A stretch of DNA of 64,000 nt from positions 4,092,001 to 4,156,000 of the forward strand of contig OZ319674.1 of NCBI GenBank assembly GCA_975705895.1. Direction: 5' to 3'. The notes beneath the pieces are model-generated. The model had not been told where the DNA came from. It saw only the letters and a program-made list of their open reading frames with translations, and did not search any database. Shown here in pieces: positions 51,101 through 63,659 of the stretch (position 1 is the stretch's first letter; the number at the start of each line of letters is the position of its first letter). The stretch comes from Pleurozia purpurea. Taxonomy: Eukaryota. The position numbers and the translations under genes were made by a program.

Positions 51101-53680
51101 AAGAAGCTGAAGATGGCCATGCCAAACAAAAACAAAATCTCTGAAAGGAGTGCAAGCTTCAAACAACGCGAGAAGTTTGATGCGTGCATCAAGCACGTCG
51201 GAAGCCCTCCCAAATGAAACAGGTTGACCCCCAAGTGTTGCATTCAGAATGTATGTCAGAGTTACTAGATAAGTTTTTGAGAGTTTTTCGAAGCTAGTAG
51301 CACTGCTAATCATAACTTCCGCTCCCCGAAAGGAATGCAAGATTCACAAAACAGAATAAGTTTGATGCGTGCATCAAGCTTGTCGGCAGCCTAACCAGGT
51401 GAAACGGGTTGGCCGACCCAGAGTTGCATTCAGAACGGATGCAAGAGTTGCTAGCTAATGTTTGGAGACTAATCCAGCTAGGACACTCCCTATGATAGCC
51501 TCTAGGAGCGGAGGCCTCCTTGTTTAAGGAAACATGCGAGAGATTCTGAAATCTTAAACATTTCATATTAAAAAAAGGCAAGACACAGTGAAAGAAGTTT
51601 GATGCATGCATCAAAGTTCTCCACGGCGGTTTGTACTGAAACGGGTTGTCTAACCGAATGGCGGCTTGAAGACGGATTAAAGTGTAAGTTTTGAGCGAGG
51701 CTCCCATCTGTTTTGTTCTCAATCATTGGCTTAGAGCAGCATCGGAGACCTGTCACAAATAGTGGCCACTGCCCTATCCAAGAAAAAGATAGCTCGCAAA
51801 ATTGTGAAGGAGGATATGTCAAACTATGTATTCGAGCTAGATAATCTGGAGCCTAAAAATGACAATGAAATTTGATGTGTTCATCGCAAACGGAAATAGT
51901 GTTGTGCGACAGAAAGGAACTACAGCAAATTAAGCCAATCATTTAAAGTCAAACATCACGAATGAAACATACGAAAGACACTGACATCCACTCATTGGTC
52001 AGGGTTGCTAAAATGTGTCCGAAATGGAACACATGCTTTTGGATTAAGAATGACCTGAAGCAGAACCTTGATGCATGCATCAAGGTTTCTGAATCAAAAT
52101 TCATTGAATGCGTTAGGGAAGATGGAGACCTCCGCCGTAAGTGATTCGGCTCAAAACCATCGAAGCAAGTGGAATTGATGTTAAATGAATTGTTACCTTT
52201 TTCCTCCAGGGTTTCTGCCTTTTGCCTCAATGCTTTGAAATGTTCGCACTGGGTGCATGCCGCGAAGCGGTTTGTTGCTGGAATCTTTACTTTCGGAAAA
52301 CTTTGGAGCCAAACGCTCTTGAATTGTGTGAGTGACAAGGTCGATATTGCATTCGTCATTCGCTCGTCGGCTTGCAAAATTGAAAAGACGCTGAGCTTGG
52401 TGAAATGGGCCGGCAGATGTTGACGCTTTCTGTCGGGCATAATATCGCAGTATCTTTTGAAGAAATCATCTAGCCAGACCTTAATGCTGAGGCGACCTTC
52501 AGAGGGCGTCCGACCACTTGGCGAAAGAGGCGAAGGATCTGCTGTGCCTGACAATCTACACTTCGATATTCTTTTTGGGCCTAATCCTAAAACCTTGCGG
52601 AATGCTCGGACGCAAACCTCTCTTCCATCAACGAGGAATGCCCACTGCTTGGTTGAAGCGTTGAAAACATTCATCTGTTTCAATGAAAGGTTTTGCTCCC
52701 GAACAGACTGTGAGAACCAGATTTTTTGAACAAATCTCAACGTAGACTTGCCTAGCACTGCGCAACACAATTTTGAACAACAAGGCTCCCTCACCAGTTC
52801 AATAATGTCCGCCTCTGAAAGCTTTGCCTTGAGATGATGGTCTCTTGCAACTCTCCTATTTGAACTAAAAGCACTAAGAGGTGATGCTGAAGCTTCCGAA
52901 ATACCATCAGATTGCTCTCGAAGCGACTCTAGTGGCTGTTGTGGAGAGCATCGAGCGGTGTTATGTGACTTTGCTGGTGCTTGGTGTGTTCCGTGTTCTC
53001 TCACTGGTTTGAACGAGTTGAATTCGATTACCCGTCCCCTTCGTGCTTGCGGTGGACGGTTCTCGCGAGTTAGGATTTCTTCTGGAGAGACAACTGGAGC
53101 ATTCATTGGTAGCCATGCTTCTTTTTCTTTGGCTCCGGACTCCTCCGCCAATGTTTTCCCCATTTTTCTTAGTGAGGTCCCGAGGATTCTTGATGCATGC
53201 ATCAAGCCAGTACTCGCACCAGAAACCCCTGGCCGAGTCATTGATCCTATTGTTGATCCCTTTCCCAACGGGCAAGATATCACTCGGCCTCTTAAAGACT
53301 GCGCAGTATCGTACAGGGTCTCTTTACCTTGGGACTCTGCCTTCGTGTCTCTTTTCCGCTTGAAAACCCTCGGAGTCACTCCATCTGGGGAAGAAGTAAA
53401 CTGTATTCCCGTTGTCTCCATTTCGTCTGGCTGAAGAGATTTTGTGGTTATCACCGCAGGCCTTGAGGAGAGCTTGATGCATGCATCAATCGTTCAGTTC
53501 GAGATGGCAACCTAACATCGCAGAGAACAAAATACTTTCAAGAGCTTCGCCAACCCACAGAGATATTAGCCCACGACTTCCCCACGAGAACTTTAGTTTC
53601 CGGCATTATCCCTGCGCAAAATGCCAAAATGGTCAGTATGTTGTCTAGCATTTCATCAAAAACGGAGTACTTTCTCTATT
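48122..53680. mobile_element. Family-A copy A4, left half (TIR variant AACAAGAAACCGG...), interrupted by A5
   Basis: Left-end sequence at 48122 preceded by AATG; colinear with A1 up to tttctctatt (A1 24733-24742). Confidence 0.92.
48693..53421 (-). CDS. A4 transposase, apparently intact, 950 aa, two exons (Sola/DUF7869-like DDD transposase)
   Basis: Exons 53421-52197 and 50320-48693 join in phase (AAAG|gtaac...tacag|AACGT, giving EEKERGRIGLQRH). Cys/His motifs CCSKLCC, VCVRAF and CxxCxH...H; acidic motifs MDGMDQ, QLDN..RENKN and GHTHDRIDQ. The true start could lie further upstream. Confidence 0.85.
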
Positions 53681-53973
53681 AACAAGGGACCGGAATAGAT
53701 GAACTCAAGAATTGAGTTCAAAATTTTTCGAAATTTTGGAATGTGCAAAAAGAGGCCAAAATCAATCATTTTGCTTACCTTATAAAAATCAAACACAAAA
53801 TAATATATTGTAAAAAACACCGTTGACCAAATATTACAAATTTATTCACAATGTCGTAATTATATACAAATGCTCGAAAGCTGTCTTATGAAAATAGACA
53901 TTTTGAGCTGAAGATGCAACACTATCAACTACCAGAAATCTCCAAATATTCGAATACAAGGCATTTCTAACAT

Positions 53974-56900
53974 CTATTCGGTTTTCTCTTGCTCGTCGTC
54001 AACAACATGTGTGGTTTGTGGCATCTCTGATGAAGCGTTTTCTCTAACCACAATATCATTGACAAAATCTTCCAAGGATTGTCCAGAAATGACGGCGACG
54101 GCTTGATCAAGTGTGGAAGCAATATCGGCTTCATTTGGAGAAGGTGAACCCTCCTGCCGAATAGGGTTCTCCCTCTCATCGGTATGAACTGCGTCCATGT
54201 CTCCAGGACGAACCGAACCCGGCTGGGCAGTAGCAAAACGCCTCAGATCCTGAAGGTGCTCCCTCTTCCCAAAACGGTCATTGTCTAGCACATTGACCCG
54301 GCTCTTGAGTTCTAAGACTTGCCGTTGATCCACCTCCACGGACACACAATGACGTCCGTATGATAAAGCCGACAGTAAACCTGTTCCTGATCCCGAAAAT
54401 AAATCGAGAATCCAATCACCAGTACAAGAAAAATGTTCTACAAACCAATTAAGAAGGCGTCGAGGCTTCTGATAGATATTGAGCGTCTGTCCATCAAGGC
54501 TACACTTGACCTTTTGGGTCACGCTGAAAGCATCCACAACGTTGGAATGCTCCTCCCCCGACTTGAAGCAAAGATGCTCATCCATTCTTTTCAAGCTATT
54601 CTTCCCACCGTAGCCTACATGCCATATCTCAAATTGGTTGTTGAGACGAGCTCCATCCGAATTGATGGCATTGCGTTTTGTCCAAACTCCGGACTCAAAA
54701 CCGCCTGTGCAAAATTCCCGCAAAATTTTCCTCACCATGCCACACTGCTCTACCGAATGCATGATGACTATCCTCCACACTTCCGCTTCAGAGGTGGCAA
54801 CAAACCCCTGCACAACCTCCCTGAGCTCCGCCTTTGTGAGTGGCTGCTGATCATTATGAAGGCAGTCCGGAAGGTTCAGACCATATGGGATGTCCATTAT
54901 GCAGAGGGAATAAGGTCTCTTCCTCACAATTCCCTCAAGTTGTCGCGCATCTCCTTGGACAATCTCGTAAGAGATATCACCCTCTGGATCTCTAAATTTT
55001 AAAACCGTGTCCGACGCCGAAGGATCATCTCGGTTGAGCTCTGAGGCGCTCAACTTGTTCTGCTGCTTCCGAAGGATTTCGTGGCAGTGTGAACGGAATT
55101 TGGGCGGAAAGTCTTGCTCTGTGAGGACGGCATTTTCGGATTTCCGCCCTCTCTTCATTCCCCCTGCAGCTAGCCGATTCTTGTCCTGTAAACAAGAAGA
55201 ACGCAACCGTGAGTTGAAATGTCTTGATGCACGCATCAAAGATTGCAACCAAAATCGCAAAAACAGCAACGTCAAGAGAAGAAACTTGAGCAAAGCTTGA
55301 TGCATGCATCAAACATAAATCTGTGAACACTCACATGATCTCGGAACACGGTAAGGAATTCCCGCTCCGACTTCTCCGTAACCCATTCAGAAAAATCCTC
55401 CAACACATCCACGAAAGAATCGCGGTGAAGACAGACACAAAATCCTTGCCGGATGCGCAAGTACACCTTCACGCGCGAGAACTCCTCACCCATCTGCGTA
55501 AGTGAAAGTTCTTTCTCGACGACACATGCCAAAACGCGGAGGACCTGCTCGTCGCTCTTGATTCCTTGCATGTGTTTCCAATCCGTGATCTTCATGTCGG
55601 AGGTCGGGATTGGACATTGGGTGGCCTGAGAAGTTTCAGACTTTTTCCCCTTGGCAGTTTTTGTCTCCTGCCCCTTCAACTCACATGCCTCGTACATGCG
55701 CAAAATTTTGTTCACGAGGTCCCACACTCGACCTCCACGGAACGCAAGCTGGAACATGTTGTCAGCTCCCTGGATGACGCTTTGTGGCGTCGCCTCTCCC
55801 CATTTGGGAAGCTGAATCTCTTTTGCAATTTCCAACTTGAACTACTGCTTGTTGATTGTTTCATCTCTTTCGGCAGCAGTCCACCGATCATGAATGTACA
55901 AAACTCGTTGGGGAAGGGAGAGCTTGTAACGCAGCTCTCCGTCAATATTGTCCGCCCAAGCAATCTGGGCCTGCTTCTTTATTGAGCAGCCAACTAGAAC
56001 ATGAGCCTCAATTGTATCAAAAACGGAACTTGCTGGATGCTTGTCGTGCAAGTGCCTCACTGCCAAAAACGAATGGTTGCCGCCAAGGACACGGATCTTG
56101 TATGTCATTTTTTCTCAAGGATTGTAGTCCTCCTTCATGGGGCACTGCTCCGGATCTAAGTGCAAAGTAAACTTCAACTACAGCAGGTTGAAGTTTTTCT
56201 CGAAACGGTTGGTGAGGGATTCTACAAACCAGTCGTTAACTGGCCGGATTTGCCAGGGCGGCAACGTTCCTGCACCGGAGACAGGCGGAATTATCTGGCT
56301 CACGTCCACGAGCGTCGTGGTCCTCTGAATCATGTTCTTCTCGATCAGCTCATGAGACCTCGCTTGGGCCTCTTTGATGGACGTTGCCATCATCGACTGA
56401 TGAAACGTCTCCGTGAGCGGTTCCTCGGTATTCTTCCGGGACCTCTTTCGTTTTGGCTGCCCCGACTCTTGGGGCACTTGTTCTTCGGCTTGAGGCCTCT
56501 CCTCTTCCGACCGTGGCTGGGATGCATGCCCTCGGGGGGGATCGTAAACCCTCCGCCTCTTGCTGGGCGCCGCTCTTGGCGTCGGTAACGGGGAATGTTC
56601 CCGCAAGTCTGCCATGACTTTGCCGGCACGCGGCGCAGCTGATGTCTTCTTCTTGGCTGGAGGGGGAGGAGGCACCTCCTGTACATCTTCTTCGTCATCC
56701 TCCTCTTCATCTTCTTCTTCTTCTTCATCTGCCTCGTCGTCTTCTTCAGATTCCGTTCCCTCCCCTAACTCCTTCCGATGCTTTTTCAGGTTGAATTCAA
56801 GGGAAGCCTCCTGAAAGTTCTCTACATGACCCAAGACTAGGGTCACTACAAAATCCCAGTTCCGCTTCTGCGCAGCGAAACGAATATTGTTTGTAAGTTC

Positions 56901-57233
56901 CCCGAACTTCGCTGTGTAGTCCACCATTGAATCCTTGCGGAACTTGGTCGCTCGAAGCCCGTAGCCGGACAGGGAGCCATCCATGTCCACAAGTACCTGG
57001 AAAATAATTTGCCCCGTCCCCTCTTCAATGACTTTACGGAAGAAATTTATCCTCCCCAATCGAGCCCAACTCTTTTGTCTGTTCGAGTCGGTGGTGAGAA
57101 CGTTCACAATGAGGAACTCGTTCCTCCAATCCTCGTCTCCCATGTTGATTACCCAAGCAGCTTCCTTGGGGCTAGAACCCAATTGGGTCAAAACTCCCTC
57201 GGCCTTCTCCATGAGCGACTTGGAGGGCGCCAT
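53974..57233 (-). pseudogene. A5 ParB-like / DNA methyltransferase fusion gene, two premature stops
   Basis: Exons 57233-55335 and 55185-53974; TAG at 56178-56180 and 55842-55844. Confidence 0.9.
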
Positions 57234-57384
57234 TTCCTGGGGCTCGGTGGTGTTTGTGCTTTGCGATGCGGAAGCTGTAGCCGCTGCAAGGCCTGCTGTC
57301 TTTGGGAATGCCAACCTCACGGTCTGCTTAACGCGCGTCAGCTTTCCTGCTGAGAAACCGAGAATGAAAAAGTTAGAATGAAAA

Positions 57385-57920
57385 CGTTTGATGCATGCAT
57401 CAAGAGCCCGCCCTCTGAACCCGCCCCGCTCGCTCTTTGTCCCCATCTCGCGCACTCGGATCTTGATGCATGCATCAAGGTCCACACCCCCGCTCGCGCC
57501 CCAGCCCCGCATCGCGCTCCGGTAGCCCGGATCTTGATGCATGCATCAAGGTCCGGGCGGCCACCCTCGCGGCCCGGCCCCTCGCGCCCCCGCTCGCCCC
57601 CCCTCGCACCCCGCTCGCGCCTCCGCGCCCCCGGACCTTGATGCATGCATCAAGGTCCGGGCCGCCTGGCTCGCGCACCGGCCCCTTGCGCCCCCGCTCG
57701 CCCCCCCTCGCACCACGCTCGCGCCTCTCCGCCCCCGGACCTTGATGCATGCATCAAGGTCCGGGCCGCCTGGCTCGCGGCCCGGCCCCTCGTGCCCCCG
57801 CTCGCCCCCCCTCGCGCCCCGCTCGCGCCTCCGCGCCCCCGGACCTTGATGCATGCATCAAGGTCCAGCCAGCCCTCGCCTCCGCCCGCCCCACGCCCCT
57901 CCCCCGCCACCGCCCCCGCG
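57385..57920. repeat. GC-rich minisatellite with 104-bp units and six palindromes (intron 1 of the A5 ParB-MTase gene)
   Basis: Palindromes at ~57388, 57463, 57534, 57638, 57742 and 57846; the central ones extend to cccggaccTTGATGCATGCATCAAggtccggg. Confidence 0.92.
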
Positions 57921-59036
57921 TTCAGAAAGGTTAGTGCTTACCTTTCTTTTTGCTCGAAACAAACTCGAACGGATGACGAACTCGAACGGATGACGAATTT
58001 GAACGGATGACTACTGGGTCGCTGGTAATGCTGGATGTGAGAGAGCGAAGGCGAGAGAGCTAAAGCGAGAGAGCAAGAGGGTATGAGAGAGATGTGACAA
58101 CTGAAAGAACAAGAAGACTTGCCTGTTCCATATTTATATCTTCCATTCCAAAGTATCTAGAAGGGAATGAAATCCAACGCCCATATTCTTTTTTGTCCTT
58201 ATTAAAATATTAACGCGGATATTCTTTTCTAACGAATTCAAACTCAATGGCGGCGTGCACACTTACGGCAGCAGAAGGACACGCTTTAAAAATGACGGCC
58301 GCAGCTAGTGGAGACCTTTATGATTTGGTGCGGCCAAGGCCACCCATCCTCGTCGCCAAGGCCACCCATCCTCGATAAGGCCACCATCCTCGTCGAACTG
58401 TCGAGGACAGTTCAAGTCGGCGGCGTGACCATTTAGCCACCTCTTCGCTTTAAATTCTCCGTGTCACGCAATGTACAGGCATTTAAAGCTCCGATCCGCG
58501 TTGGAGCGGGAACTGCGCACCCTCCATCATTCAAATGACGCAAAGACGGCGTCGATGTAGGCTATTGTCAGAATGATTCGAAGGACAAGTCATTTTCATT
58601 TGTCGGGCTTCACATGTTGGGCTTCTGTCTTCTCAATGTGCTCAAGCCGCGACATTATTATTTAGATTCGTCCACTACAACCGGGTTTTGTTTGAAACAA
58701 CGACCTTTAAAGCTTTCAGTTTACCTCGTAATCCACGTTTTTCCCCCCTTCATTCATTTAGGGCGCTATTGTCGGTAATAGAGAAAGTACTCCGTTTTTG
58801 ATGAAATGCTAGACAACATATTGACCATTTTGGCATTTTGCGCAGGGATAATGTCGGAAAGTAAAGTTCTCGCTGGGGAGCCGTGGGCTAATATCTCTGA
58901 GGGTTGGCGAAGCTCTTGAAGGTAGTCTGTTCTCTACGACGTTAGGTCGCCATCTCGAACCGAATGATTGATGCATGCATCAAGCTCTCATCAAGGCCTG
59001 CGGTGGTATTCACAAAATCTCTTCAAGCCAGACGAA

Positions 59037-62000
59037 ATGGAGACAACGGGAATACAGTTTACTTCTTCCCCAGATGGAGGGACTCCGAGAGTTTTCAAGC
59101 GGAAGAGAGACACGAAGGCGGAGTCTCGAGGTAAAGAGACCCTGTACGATACTGCGCAGTCTTTAAGAGGCCGAGTGATATCTTGCCCGTTGGGGAAAGG
59201 ACCAACAATAGGATCAATGAGTCGGCCTAGGATTCCGGGTGCCAGTACTGGCTTGATGCATGCATCAAGAATCCTCGGGACCTCACTGAGAAAAACGGGA
59301 AAAACATCGGCGGGGCAGTCCCGAGCCAAAGGAAAAGAAGCATTGCGACCGAGGAATGCTCCAGTTGTCTCTCCAGAAGAAATCCTAACTCGCGAGAACC
59401 GTCCATCACAAGCACGAAGGGGACGGGTAATCGAATTCAACTCGTTCGAACCGGTGAGGGAGCAAGGAACACACCAAGCACCAGAAAAGTCAGATAATAC
59501 CGCTCGATGCTCTCCACTACAGCCACTAGAGTCGCTTCACGAGCAATCTGATGGTGTTCAGGAAGCATCAGCATCACCTCTTAGTGCTTTTAGTTCTAAT
59601 AGGAGAGTTGCAAGAGACCATCATCTCAAGGCAAAGCTTTCAGAGGCGGACATTATTGAACTGGTGAGGGAGCCTTGCTGTTCAAAATTCTGCTGCGCAC
59701 TACTAGGCAAGTCCACGTTGAGATTTGTTCGAAAAATCTGGTTCTCACAGTCTGTTCGGGAGCAAAACCTTTCATTGAAACAGATGAATGTTTTCAACGC
59801 TTCATCCAAGCAGTGGGCATTCCTCGTTGATGGAAGAGAGGTTTGCGTCCGAGCATTCCGCAAGGTTTTAGGATTAGGCCCAAAAAGAATATCGAAGTGT
59901 AGATTATCAGGCACAGCAGATCCTTTGCCTCTTTCGCCAAGTGGTCGGACGCCCTCTGAAGGCCGCCTCAACATTAAGGTCTGGCTAGATGATTTCTTCA
60001 AAAGACACTGCGATATTATGCCCGACAGAGAGCGTCAACACCTGCCGGCCCATTTCACCAAGCTCAGCGTCTTTTCAATTTTGCAAGCCGACGAGCGAAT
60101 GACGAATGCAATATCCACCTTGTCACTCACACAATTCAAGAGAGTTTGGCTCCAAAGTTTTCCGAATGTAAAGATTCCAGCAACAAACCGCTTCGCGGCA
60201 TGCGCCCAGTGCGAGCATTTCAAAGCGTTGAGGCAAAAGGCAGAAACCCTGGAGGAAAAAGGTAACAATTCATTTAACATCAATTCCACTAGCTTTGATG
60301 GTCTTGAGTTGAATCACTTACGGCGGAGGTCTCCATCTTCCCTAACGCATTCAGTCAATTTTGATTCACAAACCTTGATGCATGCATCAAGGTTCTGCTT
60401 CAGGTCATTCTTAAACCAAAAGAATGTGTTCCATTTCGGAGATATTTTAGCAACCCTGACCAGTAAGTGGATGTCAGTGTCTTTCGTATGTTTCATTCGT
60501 AGTTCCTTTATGCGATTGGCTTAATTTGCCGTAGTTCCTTTATGTCGCACAACACTATTTCCGTTTGCCATGAACAAATCAAATTTCATTGTCATTTTTA
60601 GGCTTGAGATTATCTAGCTCGAATACATAGTTTAACATATCCTCCTTCACAATTTTGCAAGCTATCTTTTGCTTGGATACGGCAGTGCCCACTATTTGTG
60701 ACAGGTCTCTGATGCTGCTAGAGCCAATGATTGAGAACAAAATAAATGGGAGCCTCGCTGAAAACTTACACTTTAATCCGTCTTCAAGCCGCAATTCGGT
60801 TAGACAACCCGTTTCAGTACAAACCGTCGTGGAGGACTTTGATGCATGCATCAAACTTCTTTCACTGTGTCTTGGCTAACATGAAGCTTGCTAGCTGGAT
60901 TAGTCTCCAAACATTAGCTAGCAACTCTTGCATCCGTTCTGAATGCAACTCTGGGTGGGCCAACCCGTTTCACCTGGTTAGGCTGCCGACAAGCTTGATG
61001 CACGCATCAAACTTATTCTGTTTTGTGAATCTTGCAACCCTTTTGGGGAGCGGAAGTTATGATAAGCAGTGCTAATAGCTCCGAAAAACTCTCAAAAACT
61101 TATCTAGTAACTCTGACATACATTCTGAATGCAACACTTGGGGGTCAACCTGTTTCATTCGGGAGGGCTTCCCACGTGCTTGATGCACGCATCAAACTTC
61201 TCGCATTGTTTGAAGCTTGCAACCCTTTCAGAGATTTTGTTTTTGTTGGGCATGGCCATCTTCAGCTTCTTGAAGTGGAAATTCTTTTTAGCGAGGGTTA
61301 AACAACTCACATGAGTCCTCATCTTCATTTTCAGACGTATATTCGTTTGATTTCACGACAATACTCGGTTGTTTTTCTTTCGCATCTTCTTTTGGATGCC
61401 ATTTTGGTCCCAAGCTCAGGTTGTTGTTGACTCTTTGTTAAGATACTTGATGCATGCATCAAGTAGTTTGATGCATGCATCAAGAAGTTTGATGCACGCA
61501 TCAATGTTTTTTTCTTGGTCTGAGTCTTTTTTTACTATCTGCAGGTTTCTATGCTTTCCAGATATTATTGTCTTCTTTAATCTAAATTTTTTTGCTAGCC
61601 TCCTTTTCTTTGCTCACTGTTTTTTGAAAAGGCTTGACTCCCTTGGAAAACTTTGATGCATGCATCAAAGGTTTGTTTCCAAGTTCTCCTATCGATTGAA
61701 ATTCATGAGAAGTATTTGGGGTTTTGACATGATTTTCATTAGGTTGGGCTCATGTATATTGCCTGCGCCTTCATTGGCAAACACAATTTGCGTTGGGAGT
61801 CTGAGTAGCTTGTTCTCTATTGAACGGCTTTGATGCATGCATCAAGATTTTTCTTCTTGACTTTGACGGAATTTAATGTTGAGCCATTTCCGGCGAAGAT
61901 TTGTGCTTTCTTGCCAAAAGGTTTCCAACTTTGCGTCTGTTCTAATCTTTGCACTTTGAATTTATAAGATTCCGACCAAGCTTCAACTAGGTTTTGTTTT

Positions 62001-63659
62001 CTCATACTTCTTCTCCTTTTTTACAGAACGTGGAAGAATTGGGCTCCAACGTCATCTAAAACATCAAGACGATGAGGGCACGAAATCAAAAAAGCATCGC
62101 AAGAAGAGCGAAGATCATCCTCACAAATACCTTCAGTTGGTCATGGATGGCATGGACCAATCGAAAACCAACCTTCCACATTGGTTCCGTGTTCCAAAGT
62201 CTGCGGACCCGAGTTACTTTATTCATGTTCATCTTGTGGGTGTTCACATATTCTGTGGAACTTTCAAGTCGAGGGTTTTCTTGAACTATCCTAATCATCG
62301 TAACGATGCGAATCTCACTATTTTCATCATTCAAACTATCATCAATGAGTGGGAAGGTCCGTTACCCCCTGTTCTCTACCTTCAACTCGATAACACTGCC
62401 AGAGAAAACAAGAACAACTTGCTCATGTCTTATCTTCATTTTCTAGTTTACACAAAGGTTTTCAGAAAAGTAAAGATAAACTTTCTCATTGTTGGACATA
62501 CCCATGATAGGATTGATCAGATGTTTAGTAAGATATATCAGGCTCTCGCCAAAAATAAGGCCTTCACTTTGGATTCATTCATCAAGATGGTTCACGAGTC
62601 TTACAGCCCTACTCCTACCATTTCTGTGGTCGATTCCATTCCAGACTTCCGTCGCTATGCCTTGTCGGATCCCAAAATAGTCATCAACAACATCCGGAAC
62701 CTGAGTTTTTCACATCAATTTTGCATCAAGCTCAACACCTCAAACTCTGTCATTCCATCCCAATGGTCAAAGAAAGTTTCCTCGGATGTATCATGGGAAC
62801 CAATTGGTGGTGTAAATTTTCTCAAGGAAAGCTTTCCTTCCGGACCTATTTACGAGGCTCGAGGTCTACCGCTTCGTAAAAGAGGAGAGAAGATGCCTTT
62901 GGTTTCAAAAACCAATTCGGACTCCCCTTTCAGTCATGAAGACATGGAAATCTTCCTTGTTGATATTGAGAATCATATTTTCTCATTGTCAAACTTGTTT
63001 GCATCGACTGACATCACTTGGTGGAAAACGTTTTTTGAAGAGCAACGTCATTTCAACAAACATTTGCTTGAACCTCTTCCTTTGGTGGCAAATTTTTTCA
63101 ACATGCGTGGCCGCGAGTGGACGGAGGCTGCAGGCGTTTCTTTCAATCATGTGCCTATCATTGATCATGCAGACTTAGGCTTGGAACTTCTCGGAGAGAG
63201 GAGAGAAATTTATGTTGGGAACTACAAGAATCCGGCGAGAATGTGGAAGAAAGGGAGAAAATAACTGGCGACTTCAAGGACCTTGAAGTTGGTTCCATGA
63301 TTTGTGTGGAGGCTGAAAATTGTCCAGACGGTCGACCATTTTGGATTGCTCAAGTACAACGGGTTGGTGTTATGCTAGAGGATGATACACCTGATCAAAT
63401 TTTTATCAGATGGTTTGCATGTGATAAAAATGAGGACGATCCATATATTGCAAAATATCATGAAGAATATCAGGTGGACGATCGATCGAAGAGATCTCAA
63501 AGAAGAAGTGTTGGAACTTCAAGGCTCAAGACTGCAACTCGAATGCAAGAGCTTTATCTCTCAAAGACAACAGTCTTGTCTTATAACTTCTCCCTATCTG
63601 TTGCAAAAAGGCTGCGTAGAGATACAATTGAGATAATACGATCTCGATTAGAAGTCTGA
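59037..63659 (+). pseudogene. A5 transposase, exons 59037-60261 and 62027-63659, frameshifted near 63240
   Basis: Same splice sites and motifs as A4; 1-bp loss at gcgagaatgtgg (gcgagagttgtgg in the other copies). Confidence 0.9.
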
